Origin: a virus | Strand: one strand, 5' to 3' | IMG/VR virus record: IMGVR_UViG_3300020469_000023 | Span: 35,096-99,095 of that record | Length of the DNA: 64,000 bases | Shown: positions 57,018 to 64,000 of the stretch, in pieces | Layout: every line of letters starts with the position of its first letter | Numbering within the stretch: position 1 is the stretch's first letter | Program-made: the position numbers and the translations under genes | The notes under the pieces: model-generated | The model's database searches: none | What the model saw: the letters and a program-made list of their open reading frames with translations, nothing else | What the model was told of the DNA's origin: nothing

Positions 57018-58802
57018 TTAAACTGTTCCGACTACTTCTTCAAACTCTACACCAGTTCTAACTGCTACAAAGTTAAGAGTCACAAAGTTAATGCTTCTTG
57101 CAGGTTTAATGAATATACTTGCAATAAACTCGTTTCTATCTATAACTGCCGCTGTGTTATTTGTTGAATCACAAACAACTCTAAAGTCTGTTATACCTCT
57201 TCGACCTTGAATTTCTCTTAAGAAAGGTTCGACAATGTTTACGAACTCAGCACGAGTAAACTCATCATTGAATTCAAACATTACGTTTCTACCAGCAATT
57301 GCTATTGCTCTTTCTATTCCTAAGAATAATCGTCTAACATTGATTCTATCAAATGCAGATGGTCTAGATTCGTTAGTTTTATCACCGAATAACATGATAC
57401 CTTGACCAGGTATATTTGCTATTGGGTTTATACCTGCTTTGTAAAGTGTATCTCTTTCAGATTTACTTGGTGAAAGAACTATATCTGTTATTCCTAGATA
57501 TCTACCACGTCTTTGACCTGCAGGTGAGAACCAATTTGCCGCAACTAAGTCAGTTGCCGCCATTAGACCTGCAGTACTTGATGCCGCAGGAATCTTAATA
57601 AATTGGTCATTATACTTATCAAATACTTTTAGATAATTATTATCTTGTACTAGATAAGATGATTTAGTATATGTGTTGTTACATGCTAGTACTGCCGTAT
57701 TTGTTGATGTTACAACTGCCGCAGTTCTACTTGGTGAAGCAACTGCTACACAATCTTTTCTTAATGATGCCGCTGTAGAAACTAAATCGTTTACTACAGT
57801 AGTTGCATTTGCATCTGCAATAGATTCAGGTGCGATTAAGAAGTCAACTTCAATGTTGTCAACATCTTCAAACTTATCGAAACCTCTTAGGACATCGTCT
57901 GTACCTAATGTTGATGAACTAACACCACCAGTAAATGACCACTCATTTTGTCCTGTTCCGAATGTTACATCACCTGCGAAATCTTGAGAACCATTTGCGG
58001 CCGCTGTGTCCCATAGAGAACCAGAGAAATCATTGATTCCATCTGAGTCACCATGTCTATGAAATGCGCCAGCATAAATGTATTCTGATTTTGCTTTGAT
58101 AACATCTTTGTAATAATTAGACGTACCATCAGTTGCTTTTGCATTTGAGGCAACTGATAAGAAAGGATATGTTTCTAAGACTGTACCAGCAGTTCCTGAT
58201 ATTTCACCATCTTCATCTACAACTGCTACGTGTATTTCATCATTTTTACCACCAAGTCCAGTTACAAAACTAGATGACCCTGGTGCCGCATCGAATTGTG
58301 CTTTGTATGTCCAACTGTTAAAGTTGTTAGTACCACCACCATCTGAGTCAGAAGTACCACATATTGATACTAGTAAAGAGTTACCTAATGACCCTGGGAA
58401 TCTACCTATAAATGCTCCATCACTTGAGTCAATAGTTGCCGCTTCGAAGGCAGTTAAATTGCCAAGTGCTTGGTTAGTTGCACTTGCATTAGTACCAATT
58501 TTGTTGTTAACTGCTAAAGAGTTTTTAGCATCTGAGTCTGTTTCACGTACTACTTGTAGTGCATTTGAGTATCTCAGAAAGTAAGCGGCCGAATGAAAGT
58601 CTACCGTATTAGTTGTGGTGGGTGCAGAAAATACTTCTACTAGTCCTGCTTCGTTAGAAATTAATGTAGTTTCTCCTACTGGACCCCAACCGAAGTTGCC
58701 CACAAATGCACCTGTATTAGTCGCAACATTAGGGACTACTCCCGTTAAGTCTACTTCTTTTACAGTTACAGCAGGCGATGCCGAAGGTGTAAATAATGCC
58801 AT
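57018..58802 (-). CDS. gp18: Tail sheath protein gp18
   Basis: WGPV, WFSPAG, FDRINVRRLF, FEFNDEFTR, IKPARSINF. Confidence 0.97.
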   Translation of the reverse strand: MALFTPSASPAVTVKEVDLTGVVPNVATNTGAFVGNFGWGPVGETTLISNEAGLVEVFSAPTTTNTVDFHSAAYFLRYSNALQVVRETDSDAKNSLAVNNKIGTNASATNQALGNLTAFEAATIDSSDGAFIGRFPGSLGNSLLVSICGTSDSDGGGTNNFNSWTYKAQFDAAPGSSSFVTGLGGKNDEIHVAVVDEDGEISGTAGTVLETYPFLSVASNAKATDGTSNYYKDVIKAKSEYIYAGAFHRHGDSDGINDFSGSLWDTAAANGSQDFAGDVTFGTGQNEWSFTGGVSSSTLGTDDVLRGFDKFEDVDNIEVDFLIAPESIADANATTVVNDLVSTAASLRKDCVAVASPSRTAAVVTSTNTAVLACNNTYTKSSYLVQDNNYLKVFDKYNDQFIKIPAASSTAGLMAATDLVAANWFSPAGQRRGRYLGITDIVLSPSKSERDTLYKAGINPIANIPGQGIMLFGDKTNESRPSAFDRINVRRLFLGIERAIAIAGRNVMFEFNDEFTRAEFVNIVEPFLREIQGRRGITDFRVVCDSTNNTAAVIDRNEFIASIFIKPARSINFVTLNFVAVRTGVEFEEVVGTV

Positions 58803-58868
58803 GATTCTATCCTATTCGTTAGTCTAATTATAAGTTATCATAATACGGTTATGTTCAATATATGCTTT

Positions 58869-58876
58869 TATTTATA
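58869..58876 (-). promoter_or_regulatory. gp55-type late promoter
   Basis: TATAAATA upstream of gp18. Confidence 0.75.
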
Positions 58877-58889
58877 CAAAAACTGATTT

Positions 58890-60509
58890 CTACCACTCTT
58901 CTTGAATTATCTCATCGTTGTGTTGGTCAAACCAACGTTCTGCTTGTTCTTTTCTTTCTAGTTCTTGTTCAAACTGAGTACCATCATCTATGAACCCTAC
59001 AGGTGGTACATCTTCATCTATTTGTCTCATTTTATCTTCAAACATTATCTTTTTTAAGTCAATGTCTGTTAAGTCTCTAAAATATGTACCAGAAACAAAA
59101 TAACCAAACATAACTAGATTCATCATTAAATCATCGTGATTACCATCACTTGCTTCGTAAGATTGACCTCGAGCAGTAAATGTAGATATTTCAAGTATCG
59201 TTTGCTCATCATATATCTGGAGTTTACGATGCTCTAGAATGTCTTTAATTGATGAACACCCAATACGTTTTACTTTACGTGTCATTTCAATTCCAATTCT
59301 ATCTGCCTTGACAGCAGACTCCATATGAATATTATCGTATTCCAATTCTTGGTATAGTCCATTGCAAACTACAGACCCCTGGTCATTTGACTCGATAACG
59401 ACATAACACTCATTATAGAATTTAGCGTACTTATATATAATATTAGGAAACAATACAGGAGAAATAGTATTATTGCGATAGACAGCGACTTGTTTAAAGG
59501 GCCTAGTGCTAATATCGATAACGTTAAACGTAGAATAATCCTGTCCCCTTCCTTTGCAGACATCTACTGTCATGATGTATTGGTGGTCTTTAGTAGGTTC
59601 TCGATAAATTAATAAATCACCACCTTCTCGTACCTTTCGTGGATTCTTTGCACGAAAACCCATAAGTGTTTCTCCATTAATCAAAGTATCACCTGTACCA
59701 AAAAACGTATTACCAAACTCTTGGTCAAATTGTAAAGCAGAGGTATTTGCAATTGTCATTTCTCTCCACTTCTCGTCACGCCCAGGAACGTCACTCCAAT
59801 TTACAGTAAATGGTATGAACTCATTGACATTTTGACATGCACCTTCCCAGAGTTTATGAAACGTATTACCAATACCATTTGCAGTAGAAGTAACAATTAC
59901 TTTTGTATCAGTACCAGCAGAGATAACAGGATATGTAGACGTATAGAACTCATTGGCACGTTCTACAAAAGCAAACTCATCAAGATATAGTAAGTTAACA
60001 GACATACCACGAATAGAACTACCAGACGTTGCAGATGCGATAATACGACTATTATTACTAAACTCTATTGAACCTTTGTTAAGTGCTTTGGTACCTGGTT
60101 GAAGAAAGAAAGGTAGATTCTCTAACATAAGAGTTATTCTTGCTAACATTTCTCTTGCTACAGCACCTTTATTTGCCAGTATTGCAATTGTTTTTTCGGG
60201 GTGAAAACATGCATACCACAAAAGATATGCAACAGAACTAATTGATTTACCTGATTGTCGACATGCTAACACTATAGAAAATCTGTTGTTATCAAAATGA
60301 GAAAACATTTCATGTTGATAAGGATAAAGTTTAAAAGGTACTAGACCTTCATCAAGTGAAATAATTTTTAAATATTTTTCACAAAAATATGCAGGGTCTT
60401 GACTACACTTGACATATTCTTTGATTTCTTTTTTAGTAAAGTCATGTTGAACACCATCACGTTTAACATTAATATTACCAAGATAAGTTTCACTCTTCGG
60501 GTTCAACAT
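58890..60509 (-). CDS. gp17: Terminase large subunit gp17
   Basis: RQSGKS, LDEFAF, STANG, HDDLMM. Confidence 0.97.
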   Translation of the reverse strand: MLNPKSETYLGNINVKRDGVQHDFTKKEIKEYVKCSQDPAYFCEKYLKIISLDEGLVPFKLYPYQHEMFSHFDNNRFSIVLACRQSGKSISSVAYLLWYACFHPEKTIAILANKGAVAREMLARITLMLENLPFFLQPGTKALNKGSIEFSNNSRIIASATSGSSIRGMSVNLLYLDEFAFVERANEFYTSTYPVISAGTDTKVIVTSTANGIGNTFHKLWEGACQNVNEFIPFTVNWSDVPGRDEKWREMTIANTSALQFDQEFGNTFFGTGDTLINGETLMGFRAKNPRKVREGGDLLIYREPTKDHQYIMTVDVCKGRGQDYSTFNVIDISTRPFKQVAVYRNNTISPVLFPNIIYKYAKFYNECYVVIESNDQGSVVCNGLYQELEYDNIHMESAVKADRIGIEMTRKVKRIGCSSIKDILEHRKLQIYDEQTILEISTFTARGQSYEASDGNHDDLMMNLVMFGYFVSGTYFRDLTDIDLKKIMFEDKMRQIDEDVPPVGFIDDGTQFEQELERKEQAERWFDQHNDEIIQEEW

Positions 60510-60834
60510 CTATAACATTCTCTTTTTTTATAAGTTTTTGTAGTTCTGCAGTTGTTCCAACAAATAAATTATTAGTTGTTTGTCCTATTTGTTTAATGTC
60601 TTCTTCTGTTTTAACTTTTTTTAACTTAGCATTTACGTCCATTAACTTGTCGTTAACATCTGCTATTTGTTTTACCATGTTCCCAAATACTTCAAAAGCA
60701 CGTGGGTGTTCTGATTCTCTGGCAACATCTGCCATTAAATCTAAAGTCTCTTTACTTTTTTCTATTAATTCGTAGTATGTTTTTCGACTATACTCGTAAT
60801 CGGCATCTATGTTTTTATTATCTGTTTCTTTCAT
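60490..60834 (-). CDS. gp16: Terminase small subunit gp16
   Basis: DYEYSR, HPRAFEV, NNLFVGTTAELQK. Confidence 0.9.
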   Translation of the reverse strand: MKETDNKNIDADYEYSRKTYYELIEKSKETLDLMADVARESEHPRAFEVFGNMVKQIADVNDKLMDVNAKLKKVKTEEDIKQIGQTTNNLFVGTTAELQKLIKKENVIDVEPEE

Positions 60835-61396
60835 AATCGGTCTCCAACCACCCCGTTATAATGTATTTATCTTCTTTTAAATCTGGATTTGCACGATGTG
60901 TGTGAGTATAATATGCAGGCCATATTCCTAGTTTACCAGTTTCAGGTTTTACTGATAATTTTTGATGCAAAAAATCAGTATATCCAGTATCAGTATCATT
61001 TAAATAAAATGTCCAAACAGCAAACCTTTTTTTAAACTTTTCCCACTCTGGACTAAATATTGGTAGTTCAGAATGCCATGCAGTAAACCCACCACCCTCT
61101 ACACTCTTTTGCAATTTATATCCAGTAATAGTATAGGAACCAGTAGTACTCCCACCTTTATTAAATTCATTTAAATAATGTTTCATATGTTCGTGAATAA
61201 TAGAATTTAATTTATTATAAAATGCTTTAAAAGAACCAAACTGTTGACAACCAGAAATAGATATATCTTCTCTTCCTTTTCTAGAAACCTTTAAATAGTT
61301 TACTCCAGTGTTTCCACTTATTATCTTGTTATCAAACCAAGATATCATATCATTACAAACCTCTTTACTTAGAGAATTTTTTTCTTCATAAATCAT
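60818..61396 (-). CDS. 2OG-Fe(II) oxygenase
   Basis: WHSE, FYLND, IWPAYYTHTHR, KYIITGW. Confidence 0.85.
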   Translation of the reverse strand: MIYEEKNSLSKEVCNDMISWFDNKIISGNTGVNYLKVSRKGREDISISGCQQFGSFKAFYNKLNSIIHEHMKHYLNEFNKGGSTTGSYTITGYKLQKSVEGGGFTAWHSELPIFSPEWEKFKKRFAVWTFYLNDTDTGYTDFLHQKLSVKPETGKLGIWPAYYTHTHRANPDLKEDKYIITGWLETDYERNR

Positions 61397-62175
61397 ATAT
61401 TACTTATATTATCAGAATCTACAGTATTAAATCCATAATCACTATCTGCAGTCACATTTGCTGGTGTTGGTGTAATTTGTTGTGTTTTGTAGTAATCACC
61501 ACTATCTGCCGCACTATCAATAATAAACAAGTTATTACTAACTTCACGAATAATTTTACTTGTGCCAAGTGGTCCATGAAAGTTTATCTTCATTTCAAAA
61601 CTTAGTGTATAAACAATAGTTCGTCTTTGTTCTATTGAACCTTCAAAGTCATCTGAAAAAGACACACTTGTTAATGTAATTGGTACATCTTCACTTAATG
61701 CAACATTAGTAAAAGGTTTTACAGAAACAGTATATTGTGGTGTAAAGAATGGAAATATTTGTTCTACTATCTGTAGTGCATCGTCTTGAGACTTAGCATA
61801 AACATTTAAATCAAAATTAATGTTGTATGGTGTTGCAGTAAATAACTTTTGTCTTGATACTGTTGAACCAGCAAGTACTTTATTTAAGTTATTCATTTTA
61901 TTTAACTGTCTTGTTTCATCATATGCTATGCCATTTATTTCAAAAGACATACGTGGTAATTTGATTGCAACAACTCTTTCGTTTTGTTCACCATTTGTCA
62001 TTGCTTCTATTCTAGCAAGAAAATTTCTTTTTGGTGCATATGATAGTGGCACTTTAACTTGTGAGATAGTTTCACCTGCAGAGTTCTGTCTAAGCACATA
62101 AAGATTATTAAATAACGACCCGAAGACACTTACAGCACTTCGAACTCTTTTGTGATAAAAATGAGTACCAAACAT
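61393..62175 (-). CDS. gp15: Tail sheath stabiliser gp15
   Basis: FGSLFNN, KVPLSYAPK, LPRMSFE, QIVEQIFPFFTP. Confidence 0.93.
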   Translation of the reverse strand: MFGTHFYHKRVRSAVSVFGSLFNNLYVLRQNSAGETISQVKVPLSYAPKRNFLARIEAMTNGEQNERVVAIKLPRMSFEINGIAYDETRQLNKMNNLNKVLAGSTVSRQKLFTATPYNINFDLNVYAKSQDDALQIVEQIFPFFTPQYTVSVKPFTNVALSEDVPITLTSVSFSDDFEGSIEQRRTIVYTLSFEMKINFHGPLGTSKIIREVSNNLFIIDSAADSGDYYKTQQITPTPANVTADSDYGFNTVDSDNISNI

Positions 62176-63050
62176 TATGTCATATCTCCAAATGGATTAC
62201 CTTCACTAAAGTCTAAGAAGTCTGATTCAAAGTCATCGAATACAGTATTCTGAGCATCTTCTTGTATCTGTTGTATTTGTTTTACTAGTGAAGGTGTTGC
62301 AAGAGTAAGACTTGTACCACCTGATACTATAGCATTTGTTGTCCACTCATGAAACAATCCATCTGTTGCTCCACTATGAACAACATAAATTGTGTTATCT
62401 GAGTCAGACCTAAATGAAACTTCACCAGTCATACTATATGTGCCAAATGATTGTGTTATAGTTTCACCTACAATAAATCCTGGCACACCTTGAGAATCCA
62501 TACGAAGGTCATAAGTAAATGCATTCTTTTCTTCAATCTCTTGAATGTCAGCAACACCAGTATCAAAGTCTTCGTCATTGTATTCAAACAATTCACATTG
62601 CAATCTAAATGTTGGTAAATCTTTTAATTGATAGAATGGTGTTTCTGTTTCAACTTTACGTATTTCAAACATAGACTCAGACATTGGTAAAAATATTAAA
62701 TCACCTTCTCTTGGTCTAAAATTTGCTACTTCTAGTCGTTTACCAACTAATTGTACCCATCGCTTTCGAGATACAACAAAGTTTGCTTGGTCTCTTAACT
62801 CTATGCCAAACTTAGTAAATAAATCTCCTTCACCTTCAAATGCTTCTGTATTTTCAATATACATTTCTATTTTATATGCATCTGAAAATCTAGATGGTAC
62901 ATCATCTAAGAAAAGTTTATCTTTGTTAACTACTTCTCTAGGTAAATAATAAACATCTTGTCCAAACATCTGGAGAGATTCAATAACTAAATCTTCAAAG
63001 AGTTGTTGTTCTGAACGAACTTTTGTTTTAAAATACTGGTTTGTTGCCAT
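62175..63050 (-). CDS. gp14: Neck protein gp14
   Basis: GQDVYYLPR, RPREGDLIF, FSEGNPFG. Confidence 0.93.
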   Translation of the reverse strand: MATNQYFKTKVRSEQQLFEDLVIESLQMFGQDVYYLPREVVNKDKLFLDDVPSRFSDAYKIEMYIENTEAFEGEGDLFTKFGIELRDQANFVVSRKRWVQLVGKRLEVANFRPREGDLIFLPMSESMFEIRKVETETPFYQLKDLPTFRLQCELFEYNDEDFDTGVADIQEIEEKNAFTYDLRMDSQGVPGFIVGETITQSFGTYSMTGEVSFRSDSDNTIYVVHSGATDGLFHEWTTNAIVSGGTSLTLATPSLVKQIQQIQEDAQNTVFDDFESDFLDFSEGNPFGDMT

Positions 63051-63053
63051 GAC

Positions 63054-63827
63054 CTACCCTACAAAGAAATTAGGCGGATTGTCATACTCGTTTCTTAATT
63101 TTTCTATTTCTTTTTCTATTTCTTCTTTAGCATCATCAATCAATTGTCTACCATTTAACGTCACACCACCAGGGAGAGTCATGCCTTCAAATTTACTTAT
63201 ATTTTCTCCCCATTGTTTTTTTAGTATAGCAGTTACGTAATTTTTCATGAATAAATTATTGTAAACACCGCCAACACTATCTGCTAACTCAATAAACATT
63301 TCAATCATAATATAATCTCCAACTTTTATATCACCAGTTGGACCCATATCTCCTTGAATAAACAAGTTAGAACTATGTCTATTGAATTGTATTTGAGGTT
63401 GACCAGTAAGTTTTAAATCAATCATTGAAAGATATTGTTGCATGTGTTCGTAATATGCTAAATCACCAACACCTGTTGCCAAGTCTGCAAGGTCATTTAA
63501 TCGCATTTGATATTTAATGTCAAAGAAGTTTACATTTGATGTTGAATCACCTATCATAAAAACTTTTACAACATCAAGTATTCTACCAGCAATTGCTGGT
63601 AAGGCAGTATCTAAATTAATTTGTTTAATATCAAGCATTGCTTGAGTAATTAGTACAGGTTGATAAATTCTTATCTGTCCATCAGCGGCATATTCACGAA
63701 ATAACTGTAGACCATCATCAATTCTATCTTCGATTTGGTCATCGTCTACATTTATTTCTATGACTGGATATCCGAGTCTACGAAGTACATAGTCTCTAAA
63801 ATCATTTCTATTACTTATTTTCGCCAT
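63054..63827 (-). CDS. gp13: Neck protein gp13
   Basis: RRLGYPVIEINV, KQWGENISKF, LPGGVTLNG. Confidence 0.93.
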   Translation of the reverse strand: MAKISNRNDFRDYVLRRLGYPVIEINVDDDQIEDRIDDGLQLFREYAADGQIRIYQPVLITQAMLDIKQINLDTALPAIAGRILDVVKVFMIGDSTSNVNFFDIKYQMRLNDLADLATGVGDLAYYEHMQQYLSMIDLKLTGQPQIQFNRHSSNLFIQGDMGPTGDIKVGDYIMIEMFIELADSVGGVYNNLFMKNYVTAILKKQWGENISKFEGMTLPGGVTLNGRQLIDDAKEEIEKEIEKLRNEYDNPPNFFVG

Positions 63828-63842
63828 ATTACTATTTATCTA

Positions 63843-64000
63843 TTAATTTAATAAAGTTCCTGAGTTATTGTATACGTTAATTCTGTAGTGTGTACCTTCT
63901 TGACCATCTAATGTTGCGGCATTTAGACCACTACCATTTGAGTCAACTGTTTGTATTAGTGCCATTACATGATTTGCATTTAGTCCAAACTGACCACCAG
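63843..64000 (-). CDS. 3' end of a tail fibre-like protein (partial)
   Basis: Manual translation ...VDSNGSGLNAATLDGQEGTHYRINVYNNSGTLLN*. Confidence 0.6.
   Translation of the reverse strand, partial: GGQFGLNANHVMALIQTVDSNGSGLNAATLDGQEGTHYRINVYNNSGTLLN

Noticed and set aside
1-64000. tRNA genes, CRISPR arrays, inteins/introns in gp43, gp41, gp17 or gp20, and stop-codon reassignment
   Set aside because: No cloverleaf or repeat-spacer pattern seen; core genes are of normal length and uninterrupted in the standard code

Overview
64 kb of an AT-rich T4-like (Tevenvirinae-related, probably marine) myovirus genome. Core genes: replication/recombination (gp41, uvsX, gp43, regA, gp62, gp44, gp45, gp46, gp47, uvsY, uvsW, gp55) and morphogenesis (gp3, gp13-gp23). 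Accessory content: (i) 1-13.7 kb, a late-promoter cluster whose proteins start with T4 capsid-targeting-like sequences, including a P-loop kinase/ligase-like fusion, a cytidylyltransferase and long modular proteins; (ii) 18.3-24.9 kb, a late operon with two membrane proteins, CsgF, CsgG, two curlin-like proteins, a FecR-domain protein and a CHASE2 adenylate cyclase, divergent from an early beta-barrel gene; (iii) auxiliary genes (IscU, IscA, AurF-like di-iron protein, UDP-sugar enzymes, 2OG-Fe(II) oxygenases, ribosomal protein bS21); (iv) 48.6-50.85 kb, an RNA-dense locus with a small RNA, an expanded glutamine-riboswitch-like element before a YRG-repeat peptide, and a ~500-nt ORF-free structured transcript with its own promoter and terminator. 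Many promoters lie only 5-8 nt from an ATG, implying leaderless mRNAs. No tRNA, CRISPR array or intron was recognised. All assignments come from motif recognition by eye; no searches were run.
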